From positions 37,738 through 101,737 of IMG/VR virus record IMGVR_UViG_3300021431_000092: 64,000 nucleotides of DNA; one strand, 5' to 3'. Shown here piece after piece: positions 31,891-43,209 of this stretch (position 1 is its first letter; the number at the start of each line of letters is the position of its first letter). The notes beneath the pieces were generated by a model. That model saw nothing but the letters and a program-made list of their open reading frames with translations. It was not told where the DNA came from and did no database searches. Origin of the DNA: a virus. Lineage: Duplodnaviria > Caudoviricetes. The position numbers and the translations under genes are program-made.

Positions 31891-31904
31891 AGAACATTTG
31901 TTCT
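31891..31904. promoter_or_regulatory. LexA (DinR/Cheo) SOS box
   Basis: AGAAC-ATTT-GTTCT between the 31927 promoter and the RBS of ORF 31537-31866. Confidence 0.65.
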
Positions 31905-31926
31905 GCTGTTCTATTGTAATGCTGTT

Positions 31927-31955
31927 ATTATACCACATAATATCGAGTATGTCAA
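31927..31955 (-). promoter_or_regulatory. consensus sigmaA promoter
   Basis: TTGACA-17 nt-TATAAT. Confidence 0.85.
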
Positions 31956-33140
31956 TACTAGAATATAAATAACGACGCAAGCAACACCTGCGTCGTTATT
32001 ATACCCATCATCATGCTATTTATTTTTTGGCGACCCATATGCTTGGGAACACAAACTCTACGCCCATACACTCAATATCTGAGCCTTTTGATTTGTTTGT
32101 GAATGTCACACTAATCGCCCGTTCTATTAAATCGAGGTATGATTTCGGTTTGAATCCCTTTTCATACATAAAATCAAACAGATCTATTGTTATTGATATT
32201 TTATTACCACTAATAATATTTGCGGAGATAGCAGTTCCATCATGGTTTGATATAAACACATCAATAATTTCGCAATACTCTTTTAGTATATCAAATCGTT
32301 CTTTATCAACAATATATTCGTCGCCAATTAAATCTTCGCCTGCATTAACCACATCACTAACGACATCAAATGTTTTCATTTATCTGCCTCCACCATAACA
32401 CCATAAAAACCGACATTGAACTCCATTACTCCGCTTAGATATGGGACGATTTCAAAGTTATCTGCGACCCTCAACACTTTATCCGTTATGTCTTTAGGGT
32501 TATTAAATGTGATACTATTGGATACTATATTAATAAACCATCCATCTGCACACAACCCGCCGCTTTTTATCTGGATCGTCCTTGCTGTTTTTGAGAACTC
32601 TTTTTCTAAATACTTATACGCAGATACGAAATCCTTTACTCGCTTCATGTTTGGTTCATATTTTACTCCGTTCTTTTCGTCTTTCTCTTTTAGTTTCTTT
32701 AATACATCTAAAAATTGTGCTTCTGCCTCTTCGTTATACGCACTATCAATTGTTTTATCAAGGTGTACTGTAATACCCACTTATAATATCTCCTATTTAT
32801 TCCATAGCATTTTCAAGGTTCTCAATCGCATCAGCAATCGAACCGCCCGCCTTGCCTTGATCGAACTCTTCCTCAAGGTATTCAATCGCATCTTCAAGGT
32901 AATCGGCAGCATCTCCCAAGCATGACACCGCATCTTCAATCCTTTCATACCGTTCGCTTCCTTCAAGATTCTCAGGCATATTATCAAGACACTCCTGTTC
33001 TTCTTCGAGAACGTCTCTTGTGTCGTCAAGAGCCCTCTGGATCTCGTCAGCGTTGTTCTCGGCTCTTCTAAGGATCTCTATAATTGCGGCGATCGCTGCT
33101 CTTCTCTGCTTGTTCATAGTTACAAAACCGACCTTTCTAC

Positions 33141-33169
33141 ATTATAACATAAAATTCCAATTTTGTCAA
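33141..33169 (-). promoter_or_regulatory. consensus sigmaA promoter
   Basis: TTGACA-17 nt-TATAAT upstream of ORF 32797-33117. Confidence 0.85.
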
Positions 33170-33874
33170 CAAAATCAGGTGAATTTTGTTGTGTTATGTG
33201 CTAAATTAGATGTGTTTTCTGCGTAAAATATGTACATATCGAACACATTTCCGTGTTCCTCTTCACACCTGAAACCAAGTTTCTTAAATACGTTTGTTAC
33301 CGCTGACATTCCGCACCCACCATCCATGTGTGGTAGCATCGATCTATCTGCCCCGCTTACGCTGTACTCAAATTGACCACCCCTTTCGGCGTGTTCGTAC
33401 CAAACCTTCAGGATCGAATAGTTTTTATTCATCGCGGAAGCAACTGCGGCAGACTCTTTGTCATATCCACACCCAGTAGCAGATCCCGTTGTGATACAAG
33501 AACCGGCGCTTACTGTGGCTGTTGGGTTCAGCCCCCACGATCTGCTACGTTTCCACTCAACTGTGATTGTTATCTTTTCTGGATACTCGGCATCACTAGC
33601 ATTATCCATTTTTGCTTCAGCGGCAACAAGAGCTTTTCGCTCCTGAAGAGTTGCTCTTGCAAGCATCTTTTTAACCGCGACTTCAGGAAGAGGTTCGTCC
33701 TCGTCTTCTAAACAAACAGCGTCTCTCGCGACAGGAGTCATGAGGTTTCTCAATCCCCATGTTTTTAATGCTTCTCCGCACTTTGTAGTGCGTAAAATCT
33801 GTTCTGTTCTTGACAGACTAGCCTCGGCCTCTCGACCAAGCATCATGTTAAGATATGGATACATAACATCCTCC

Positions 33875-34642
33875 TTACTCCTCAAATACAATTCTACCAT
33901 CTACATAATCTCTTCTTGCTGTGAATACCGGGATATCGTTGTCAATCACCCACTTCGAACGAACACCTCCGTCATTGATTCTCACAACGCACGTACCTCG
34001 CTTCTTCGGAGTTTCGAGATCATTCCAATTCACACCCTTCTCTTCAAACATCTTGTCCTGAAGCGCTTTGCAACTTTCCCCCTGCAACTCTTTATGTGAA
34101 TAAAGAGATTGTGCAAGGCCAAGAATAGAGTTGCGTGTTGCATCTTGCTGTCTCCAGATCATGTAATTACAAACCTCTTCAACTGGAAGATTAAAACATC
34201 TCGCATCGAAGTACGGTGTCCCGCTCTGATATGCAGATCTATAGATCTCTGGAACAACATCTCCGTCTGTAAGATCGTCAACCATTGTATCAAATGCTCT
34301 GATAAAGAACGAAGATGCCATCGATGCACTAACAGAACAAATTTTCTGAACCTGATCGTCAAACCATGCGGCGGAGTTGAGGCGTTTGTAATCGCAGAGA
34401 ACCAGAGAGATTTCATCAGACTGCGTATACCCCATCACGCATCCTTGAATGTGCGAACAAAGATCAAATGTTGTCCACTTCATCGCCTCCATAAAAACAT
34501 TATCGAACGGCTTCTTAAACTTTCTGGTGAAGCTGTGGAAGTGACATCCGTCAATACGAATAACCACTGGCGTTCGCCGCATCAAATAATTCTTTGGTAC
34601 GGCTTCATAAGTTTTCATTCTGTCTCCAAGCGAATCCATCAT
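33875..34642 (-). CDS. tRNA(His) guanylyltransferase Thg1-like protein
   Basis: RMKTYE, RIDGCHFH.FT, YTQSDEISL, FDAR, WRQ.D..RN. Confidence 0.92.
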   Translation of the reverse strand: MMDSLGDRMKTYEAVPKNYLMRRTPVVIRIDGCHFHSFTRKFKKPFDNVFMEAMKWTTFDLCSHIQGCVMGYTQSDEISLVLCDYKRLNSAAWFDDQVQKICSVSASMASSFFIRAFDTMVDDLTDGDVVPEIYRSAYQSGTPYFDARCFNLPVEEVCNYMIWRQQDATRNSILGLAQSLYSHKELQGESCKALQDKMFEEKGVNWNDLETPKKRGTCVVRINDGGVRSKWVIDNDIPVFTARRDYVDGRIVFEE

Positions 34643-35146
34643 TCTTCCTCCTCATAATACATTCTTAATCCCGTCGGTGTAGTTGCTTTCCCGACTTTCT
34701 TCAACTTTCCGTCATCAACAAGATATAAATAATAAAAGTCACGAGCTGGCTTACTCGTGACTAAATAAACATAACCGCATTTTGTTTGTATCCTTTCCCA
34801 AAGGATTTCACCCTTTGGCATCTTAATATCCTTATTCATAATCAATACTCCTCTGGATACAAAATAGTTGTGCAATACCGGTCACTTTCTGTTATGATCC
34901 AAATCTTGACATTACCTTGTTTGTATGCAGCCAAAATACGATCGCCGCTCTCTACCGCTTCATCGTTTAGATTGGCATCATCTTTGTCTAGCTCGCCCCA
35001 ATCCCCGAAAACATATCGTTTTAGAGATCGCGCCACGAAATCTGCAAAAGCTTGGGACTGTTCCATAGACTCAGAGATTCCAGCGGTTATATATATCTTT
35101 CCTGTTTCAAACTTCTCCATAAATCCTCCTATGTAAATTGATTACC

Positions 35147-35279
35147 GTGCTATCTCTCGCAGCGAGACCAATGAACAGATTTTCTGTTTGTCTCGAAACA
35201 GAAAATCTGAAAATAATCGTTTTGAAACGCCTGCCTTTGGCGAGGCGCGGAACACGAAAGTGATCCATATACATAGCAC
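35147..35279. ncRNA. candidate structured intergenic RNA
   Basis: Closing stem GTGCTAT/ATAGCAC enclosing a 14-bp hairpin, a GC hairpin and a GAAA-loop hairpin. Confidence 0.4.
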
Positions 35280-35299
35280 ATTGTTAATCGTTCTATGTA

Positions 35300-36130
35300 T
35301 CATAGAACAATATAGCAATCAATGTTTTCAACAACACCCTGCATTTCAAATGGACAATTGCTTGCATAGCCATAATAAAAATCGATTGTATTATTCGACG
35401 CACAGCAGTCATCAACATAATAATAACCTGTTAGACACGGAAGATTTGGGGACTCTAAGTAAACCATAGTTCTATCATTATGTTTGTATCCGTAGTACTC
35501 ATAAATATATCTGCACGCAATCGAGCCTTTAACAACTCCATCTCCAACCGAACAGTCGATCAGCCATCTACCAGATCCACCTCTAATACTACCTCTTCCA
35601 TAGCAGTAGTACGTTCCTCTTGAGAATGTCTTAACAAACTGCATATTACTCTGTTGCGTCTCAGATATAAATGTCTGTGTGCATGTTGAGCATTCATTTT
35701 GCTGCGTTTGGCACTCTTTTGTGACAACAGAAACGTCGCCGACAGATGTACGTGTCGTTGGAGTCGTAGTACCAGCGCTGTTATTAGTTGCAACAGTGGT
35801 CGTTTCTACCGGGCGACACACAGTTGTTACTGTCGTTAAAACCGTTGTAGGCTCGACATTATAGCTGTATGCCGTATCACTACTTGTAGCCGTATCGTTT
35901 GTTGAAGTCGTGCAAGAGCTTGAGGTTGTTGTTTTCGTTGCTACACACGTTGTTGCCCCTGTTGTTATCTCGCTTGTAGTTATCAATGCACTTGTTGTCG
36001 TCTCTGTGTCTTGAGTCTGATCGATATCTACAATCGTAATGCGCCTAAGAAAAAAGACAACGCAAAAAGCAAGTATAAATAAAAATAAAATAGTTAAGCC
36101 GATTAAATATGTATGTATTTTTTTAAGCAA
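35300..36130 (-). CDS. membrane-anchored Thr-rich protein with 3D-like C-terminal domain
   Basis: N-terminal TM helix, Thr/Ser stalk, TYY..GSGR..SIA..YYVDD..IDFY. Confidence 0.5.
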   Translation of the reverse strand: MLKKIHTYLIGLTILFLFILAFCVVFFLRRITIVDIDQTQDTETTTSALITTSEITTGATTCVATKTTTSSSCTTSTNDTATSSDTAYSYNVEPTTVLTTVTTVCRPVETTTVATNNSAGTTTPTTRTSVGDVSVVTKECQTQQNECSTCTQTFISETQQSNMQFVKTFSRGTYYCYGRGSIRGGSGRWLIDCSVGDGVVKGSIACRYIYEYYGYKHNDRTMVYLESPNLPCLTGYYYVDDCCASNNTIDFYYGYASNCPFEMQGVVENIDCYIVL

Positions 36131-36844
36131 ATCTTAACCCACCTTGTCTTCTTTGTATGATTCAATGTTATGAATCTGTTCAAGCAGTGCTTTATCAAAT
36201 TCTTCCTGCGAAATCTCATCGTATTCGTCAGATATGTGATCTACTCCTCTTCTGCAACACCAGATATTCATAAATGATACCTTTGGCAACCGATATTTTG
36301 TTGGAACGTCGTTTTCATGTGTTATCAAGACAATGGCGTGAAGCAAATATGGTTCAAACTTAATATGTCCACATGCATCTTGTGCTGCCATTGGAAGCCC
36401 AATTACTTTATAGTACGCACACTTATTTCCGATGGGCTTTGTTTTATAACACTTGCCGACGAACTGCGAAAACTCAGACCGAACAATCTCGATTTGTTCA
36501 TTCAAGATATTCTCTTCGTCCTTATAATACTTGGCTCTAATGTTTAACAGGTCGCCAAAAACATCGTGTAGACTTCTCATATACCCTCCTCAAAACCCCA
36601 GACGCGGCGCGTTATTGTTATGAAGAAACTCTTGCAAACACTCTGCGCAACCACTCATATGTTTGCACCACTCTTCTTTCTCATCTTCTATCATTGATGT
36701 CATGAAACTAATAATACACGCCGGAGCACCATTTTCTCCCATCGAGTCATTTAATGCAACCAGAAAATCGTACATGTTTTTCCCGGCAAGTATTTCTGCG
36801 TTTGTCCTTCTGCAAGGAACCTCGTCTCTTGCCACTCTATCACC

Positions 36845-37480
36845 TCACTGAAAATCTCTTGCCTTGATCTTAACGATTACTCTTCGACCAAAACGATCGA
36901 GGACTTCACATTCAGGCCGAGCAACGACGCCTTCCATTGGCGCCTTATCACTTACTGTCGAGGTGGCCGTGCTCTTCACGAACTCAACCGCCTCTTCAAT
37001 CGTGCCATAGCCAACAACCGGAACTACATCAACGCCGAACGCCGTCGCGATATCCTCTACGGACTCTCTTGTGAGCCATGTATCCTCGTACATCACGTCA
37101 AATAGGATGAAAGAAACATCGTCTCTGTAAAGAGCACCAACCTTTTGGATCTTCTTGCCATAACCCTCTCCATAAAAGGTTACATCTGCATCGCCAAACT
37201 TCTGTTCGAACAGCTCTTCTGTTTCCGGCGTCATAAATGTATTTGTAAGGTAGTTTACAAGATCGGCGGGGATTTGAGCCTTATCTGTCCGGCCTCCGAT
37301 TTCTACATTATGACCGTCCCAGTGGATTCTAATATTCGTACCGTCGATCTTTTCCGTCCAAATCCACTTTACATCTTTAAGCATCTCGACGGTTTTGTTT
37401 CTGAAATCTCCTTCGATTAGCTTTTTTGAGCCATCAACATCTCTGTTGTACACTGTTTCAATCTTGTGATACTCTTTCAT
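36845..37480 (-). CDS. RNA ligase (Rnl2-like nucleotidyltransferase)
   Basis: TEKIDGTN, YGEGYG, FILFDV, EGVV, IVKIK. Confidence 0.85.
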   Translation of the reverse strand: MKEYHKIETVYNRDVDGSKKLIEGDFRNKTVEMLKDVKWIWTEKIDGTNIRIHWDGHNVEIGGRTDKAQIPADLVNYLTNTFMTPETEELFEQKFGDADVTFYGEGYGKKIQKVGALYRDDVSFILFDVMYEDTWLTRESVEDIATAFGVDVVPVVGYGTIEEAVEFVKSTATSTVSDKAPMEGVVARPECEVLDRFGRRVIVKIKARDFQ

Positions 37481-37976
37481 TTGTATCCTCCTTTACAAAC
37501 TCTGCTCCGCAACCGAAGCAATACTTAAACGATGCTAATAAGAGTTCTGCATCCCTTCTGCTTTTGCACCCAAAAATCCTCCCACAACGAGTGCATGTAA
37601 GGTCGAAGTTTGTTCTTCTGGCTTCGTCATCGACAAGGTATACATATGTGAGCTCTGAATCTGGGATATTACCAGAACCAATCTTAACTTCTGGCGCGTC
37701 ATCAATATATTGTAGAGTAACAAGCCAGTCGCTAAGGTCATTGAATGAATCGGAATCCTTATGAATCGATTCATACAGATCCTCTTTGACAATAAAACTC
37801 ATCTTTTATAACACCTCACAGTATCATTCTCGCACCGCAGTGATTACAGCAATGGGCTTTACGAATGACGTCTACATGAACCACTACAACAGGAGTCCAC
37901 ACGTCATCATCTTTGAGTTGTTGTGTTGTAAAACTAGACTCCTCAACAGACCTCATATCAGCAATTTTGATATCAT

Positions 37977-38327
37977 TCATAATGAACTACTTTCAAAGTC
38001 TTCAAAGAATGAATTGAGTTCGTCTTCGTTGACGGTGTTTACATACGATATAACCCACTCTTCCTTACAGTACCACTTGTTTCTAATCTTTTCGCCGTCT
38101 TCATAGTAACGACGATCGAAAGTCACAACATATGTTGGGGTGGGACGATAAGAACCGGAGTTATCCACAAACGGCGATGTTGTAATGTCTGTAATAACAC
38201 CTGAAACACCGATATAATAATCCATGTCACCTGTGGTGTTCCAACCCCACTTGTTATCATCAGTAGGCTCAATAAGAGTCACTCTGTCCCCTATATCAAA
38301 CTGCATACAAACCTTAACCTCCCCCAT
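37977..38327 (-). CDS. SH3/KOW-like small protein with ELxxFF tag
   Basis: FDIGDRV...GW...M..YIG...WYC.E.W; ends DELNSFFEDFESSSL. Confidence 0.6.
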   Translation of the reverse strand: MGEVKVCMQFDIGDRVTLIEPTDDNKWGWNTTGDMDYYIGVSGVITDITTSPFVDNSGSYRPTPTYVVTFDRRYYEDGEKIRNKWYCKEEWVISYVNTVNEDELNSFFEDFESSSL

Positions 38328-38783
38328 ATATCTGGCAATCTCTCACTACACAAGATTCTTGTTCAGTCATTATCAGGCCTCCCGTTCCAATGCCCCTACT
38401 CCATGTGGTTTTCCGCATAAATATCCAGATCATCTTTTTCATCAAGTCTCGCACCGCAATTTCTACAATACGCATCGCCATAGCAGTCACTATCAGACCA
38501 CTGACCGCAGTAACTACACCACATATTATACGGTAGCGTCCCATCCTCCACATACTGCCTGTCCCTTTCTGCGAAAACCCAGTGTGCGTGCTTTTCAGAT
38601 GAGAAAAGTTCACTTGCTTTGCCCGCAACCTCCTCTAAAAAATAACGACTGGGCTCCCAACCCATAGCCTTCCTGTGGCATTCAGAACAGAATCCTTCTT
38701 CTACATCATCCTGAGTCCCTCTGCATGTATCACAGTACACCCCCGTAGCAAAATGACTAACAAGAAATTCCATAAACTTCTCT

Positions 38784-39095
38784 TTATCCGTCATAAATCA
38801 TCACCTCTTCATACTCAGAAAACATCTTATCAAGCTCATCAGAATCTGGGTAATACGGAGCTATCTTGCTTTTCAGGGTATCTATTCCATTTGGATGTTG
38901 CGACTCAGATATCGGATGAACAGCGCCTTTAGGCCACAAAATCCTCACAGTATACTCACTACTGTTATCATTCTTTGCAGATACAAATCCTATCGTACCA
39001 ACGGCAGGATGCCATCGCTCTGTTTTTCTGCCGTCCCCGTTTGTAAATATTACTTGCTGTCCATAACTATACACATCATACGACACACAATACAC
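38784..39095 (-). CDS. SH3-like small protein with ELDxMF tag
   Basis: PAVGTIGFV...ILWP; DSDELDKMFSEY near C-terminus. Confidence 0.55.
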   Translation of the reverse strand: MYCVSYDVYSYGQQVIFTNGDGRKTERWHPAVGTIGFVSAKNDNSSEYTVRILWPKGAVHPISESQHPNGIDTLKSKIAPYYPDSDELDKMFSEYEEVMIYDG

Positions 39096-39298
39096 CCCTT
39101 TTTATTTATTATAATGCATATACATAGCGTCTCTTTTGAGTTCAAAAGACGGACATTTTCTAATTAATTTGATCGCCCTGTACAAACCCTTCGCTCTTTC
39201 GATTTCTCCGCTGTTTCTCATCTGGACACATGCACCATAGAGCCTGTTTATTACCTGCTCCTTATCAAGAAACGCCGCAGTATCCTTCCGTTCGCCCA

Positions 39299-40114
39299 TC
39301 ACACCACATCCTTTTCAACAATCGCAGTTTCAACAACTGCCTTTGAAGTCCCAAGACCAAGATTAAGATCCTTGTACGCATCCATCATCTCGTCCTCAGT
39401 AATTCCTATGTAATCAAGTGTTTGTGCGACACTTGCGTGTCCCATCATCTTCTGTAAAAGCAAAAGTTTTCTCGGATCGTTACCAGAAATTAACATTTGA
39501 TGGTAACAAAATGTCTTTCTGAGTGTGTGAGTGCTCATCTTCATATCTAATCCGACCGCAGAAGCGATACTTTTCAGGATTCTATCTACGTTTCTTGCCG
39601 TTAGAGGTCTGTTCTTATCCTTACCGTTCGGAGACTCGCTCCTAAACATATAGTCGCTAAGCGAAACGCCAGCGACATGTTCAAGATAGAGTGTTACGGC
39701 GTCGATCACTGCCTGATTAACTGTTATGTATCTGTTTTTCTTACGCTTTCTCGTATTCCGTGTCTTCTTTTCAAAGATCGGAACTGTTTCTTTGAAGCAA
39801 AGATCATCTGAAATCAAGTCACAGAATCTCAGTTCGCGCAAGTCACTAACTCGTAGACCAAAATTGATGCCAACAATGAACAACATATAGTCTCTCCATC
39901 TACAACTGTCTATCAGATACCGACAAACCTTATCAATATCGGCAGGATTCTTAATCGGCTCTGCTGTTCTGTCTTCTGCGAGTTCAGAAGATGTGTCTTC
40001 TTTCGCGGGAGTAATCATGCCAACTCTAAGTCGCTGCGATTCGATAACCTGATGTGTTTTATTATCTTGATCGGAACCTGTTCGAATCATTGTTATCATA
40101 ACGAACACCTCCAA
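39299..40114 (-). CDS. second tyrosine recombinase (no arm-binding domain)
   Basis: GLRVSDL, EKKT, HTLRKTF, GH.....TLDY. Confidence 0.9.
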   Translation of the reverse strand: MEVFVMITMIRTGSDQDNKTHQVIESQRLRVGMITPAKEDTSSELAEDRTAEPIKNPADIDKVCRYLIDSCRWRDYMLFIVGINFGLRVSDLRELRFCDLISDDLCFKETVPIFEKKTRNTRKRKKNRYITVNQAVIDAVTLYLEHVAGVSLSDYMFRSESPNGKDKNRPLTARNVDRILKSIASAVGLDMKMSTHTLRKTFCYHQMLISGNDPRKLLLLQKMMGHASVAQTLDYIGITEDEMMDAYKDLNLGLGTSKAVVETAIVEKDVV

Positions 40115-40526
40115 TACCGCTACGAATAGTTAGTACCATTCGTAATAACAAATCTCCTCTTTATCAAAATCCGTTTCATCAAGAATAGTTTGAAGACCAT
40201 CTATCGTGTGGTTGATGTCATCAAAATACCACTCATCGTAATCTGTGCTCCCAAAAAAGAATCCACCCATAGTTGGGAGGACACTCTCTGCGAGGCTATG
40301 GTCTTCTTTGACTGCCTTGCAATCCTCAAGCAACTGCTCAAGCTGCGCTTTGGTTAATGCGTAATAAACACAATTATCTTCATCGCAGTATCCGGTGTGA
40401 TCGATGATCCATCTCCGGATGTGATTTGCCTTTCTCCAGTAAAATACTTCTTCCGTATTCGCACTCTCACCGGCTCCTGCCGATCTTCTTTCCAAGTACA
40501 TATCAAGTCCCATATGTATACTCCTT

Positions 40527-41705
40527 TCAACAATCCATCAACTGAACAACAGACTCAGCTACAATCTCTGCCGCCTTGATCGCTTCCTCTTCTGTATTAA
40601 ATTTTGAGAACGAGAACCGAACCGTATTATGCGCCTGCTCGTCATCAAGACCAATTGCTTTAAGAACCTTGCTGCTCTCTGTGCTATGCGCATTACATGC
40701 AGATCCGGCAGAAATGTACACATTTTTTGCGCTAAGAAGAAGAACAAGGCTTTGCGCGTCGACGCCATCAAACGTCATACTCACTATCTTTCCGACATCA
40801 CTCGGAGAAAAACCGTTATAATGGGTTTTTGCAAGCATCTCCTTGCCATTTATAGCAACAAGGCTTCCGAGTAGATGCGTATAAAACGACGATTTTATAT
40901 GCATAATATGATTCAAATCGGCCAATCTCTCATTTATTGCGATTTCAGCCGCGACACCGAGACCAACTATACCCGGAACATTTTCTGTGCCGCCACGCAG
41001 CCCAAATTCCTGCGAGTTGCTACCTGCAATCAAAGGAATTAACGTACTTCCGTCCTTGCAATACAAAACTCCGACGCCTTTCGGCCCGTGAAACTTGTGA
41101 GCAGACAACGACATAAAGTCGCAACCGAGTTTTTGTGTATCAAGATCAATCGTACCAACTGCCTGAACGCAATCCGTATGGAATAAGACCTTATCATAGT
41201 GACAGTGCTCCGCAATCTCACGAATATCATTTGTTGCGCATATCTCGTTGTTAGAAGCCATAACAGATACAAGCTTTATGTCAGGATTAACCATAAGTAT
41301 ATGGTCAATCGCCCCGGTAGGAACGGTTCCGCCTTCTTTGAACACAGGGATCTCAATCGGCATCCTCATTTTGAGCTTCATCGACGACATCTGTGCGTTC
41401 AAACGAACGCTCTCGTGCTCTGTAGCGGAGTGCGCAATCGCAGAGTGTTTATTAAGGCATGTAACACCATGCATAACGGTAGCATTTGACTCACTACCAC
41501 CGGACGTAAAGATGATTTGCTCAGGCTCACAATTCAACATATTTGCAACTGAGTTTCTCGCCTTATCAACCTCTTTCTTCGCCGAGAGACCAATCGAATG
41601 GATTGAGCCTGCGTTTGCAAAATTATCCCATTCATCCATCGCCTGCTTTACTCTTGGATCTATCTGCGTTGTCGCAGCATTATCGAGATATATCACATCT
41701 ACCAC
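40527..41705 (-). CDS. iscS: cysteine desulfurase (IscS/NifS group I)
   Basis: YLDNAATT, TSGGSES, HTDCVQ, SAHKFHGPKG, GTEN, SAGSAC. Confidence 0.93.
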   Translation of the reverse strand: MVDVIYLDNAATTQIDPRVKQAMDEWDNFANAGSIHSIGLSAKKEVDKARNSVANMLNCEPEQIIFTSGGSESNATVMHGVTCLNKHSAIAHSATEHESVRLNAQMSSMKLKMRMPIEIPVFKEGGTVPTGAIDHILMVNPDIKLVSVMASNNEICATNDIREIAEHCHYDKVLFHTDCVQAVGTIDLDTQKLGCDFMSLSAHKFHGPKGVGVLYCKDGSTLIPLIAGSNSQEFGLRGGTENVPGIVGLGVAAEIAINERLADLNHIMHIKSSFYTHLLGSLVAINGKEMLAKTHYNGFSPSDVGKIVSMTFDGVDAQSLVLLLSAKNVYISAGSACNAHSTESSKVLKAIGLDDEQAHNTVRFSFSKFNTEEEAIKAAEIVAESVVQLMDC

Positions 41706-42296
41706 CTCATGTTTATATCTTATGGTCTTTATCCACTATCGTTTTGCCACAATATGGGCATTTCATATAGGCGTAAAATTCGACGCATGGCGGTGAGATT
41801 CTTAACCCATCATCACCTCGACTTGCACCCCATTCACACCCACAATTTGTACACTCGAACAGGAACTCTTCTCTTTTAGATGAGCACCCTATTTTTGTAA
41901 TATTCACATCCCTCACCTCTTCTTAATTCCACATTTTGATACTCTTACCTTTCTTTTATGAACAACAGATCTGCTATATCTTATATTGTTTGCAAATTTC
42001 CACATGATATATTGAATTATATTGTAAATCGAAATCGACATTCTACACCGCCTTTAATTATTCGTTTTTATATACTCAATCATTCTGAAGTCAGGCTCCA
42101 ATTTAAGCCATTTGGTGAAGCCTTCTGCGCAGCAATCTGCATTCATCGTACAAATATTAGAAGCCTCGTAGTATGCGCAGTTAGCGCAATCTACATTGTT
42201 AAGGAACCGTCCGAGTTCCGCATCTGTCATGTTGTTAATTACTTCACGATTTGTTATCATAACAATGTAACCTCCAGAATTACACTAAGCTATATG

Positions 42297-42587
42297 TTAT
42301 TCATAAAATTCAGAAAACATATCGTCCAATTCCTTGCTTTCTGTAACACCTACACTGTCAACACGTTCAAGCCATTCAATATCAAAGAGCCATCCTAAGC
42401 TTGCCCATGTATTTGTGTCAGCTAATAAACAACTCCCATTTACTATGGTACTGACAAACGCTGTTGTTCCGATTAATTCGTCCATTTTTCTATTCCATCC
42501 AAGTAATTCAGAACCTATTTCCTTCCCGTCCAAAATACGAACGAGGTCGCCTGCATGTATCATAACGATGTTACCCCCAGAACGCAT
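42297..42587 (-). CDS. SH3/KOW-like small protein with ELDxMF tag
   Basis: AGDLV..GW...MD..IG..W.F..EWL; ends ELDDMFSEFYE. Confidence 0.6.
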   Translation of the reverse strand: MRSGGNIVMIHAGDLVRILDGKEIGSELLGWNRKMDELIGTTAFVSTIVNGSCLLADTNTWASLGWLFDIEWLERVDSVGVTESKELDDMFSEFYE

Positions 42588-43209
42588 TTTTCAACTTTTC
42601 AACAGCCCTCTTTTCAGAATGACTTACACCAGAGTATGTTATATTGAGTTCTTTTGCAATCTCTTGCCTAGAAGTTTCGACCCCATCAATAAGACCGTAC
42701 CTTCGCTTTACAACATACCCTTGTTCGTTTGATAGCGTTGTATTGATTAGATCTAACACGACGCTTTTGCACATAAGCCGATCAACATCTGCTTCAACAT
42801 CAATGCTGTCCGGAATAACCTCTTCGATCGTCAATGACGAGTCGTCGCTGACGATAATATCATCAAACGAACACTCTTTGCTAGTCTTTTTCTTCTGTCT
42901 GAAGTGTAGTTTGAGTATCTCATTTCTAATACACTGGATCGCAAACGCTGAGAATCGCACGCCTGATCTCACTTTATACGCATCGACCGCGTGCATTAGA
43001 CCAACCATACCACATGATATGATATCATCTCTATCTGTATCTGAAAACGAAAAGCCGCGAACAACATATGTTACAAGTTTCATATTATGTGTAATCAAAA
43101 CTTGCCTAGCAAACTCATCGCCGTTCTCCATTCTTGAGAATAAAATCGCTTCTTCTTTTGCAGAAAGCCTGTTTGGGAAGCTATCAACAGACCAATTCAT
43201 GCATCCCAT
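42571..43209 (-). CDS. sigma70-family factor (SigK/SigE-like)
   Basis: LITHNMKLV, DIISCGMVGL..AV..Y, FSAFAIQCIRNEI, region 4 QEIAKELNIT...VS..EKRA. Confidence 0.88.
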   Translation of the reverse strand: MGCMNWSVDSFPNRLSAKEEAILFSRMENGDEFARQVLITHNMKLVTYVVRGFSFSDTDRDDIISCGMVGLMHAVDAYKVRSGVRFSAFAIQCIRNEILKLHFRQKKKTSKECSFDDIIVSDDSSLTIEEVIPDSIDVEADVDRLMCKSVVLDLINTTLSNEQGYVVKRRYGLIDGVETSRQEIAKELNITYSGVSHSEKRAVEKLKNAFWG

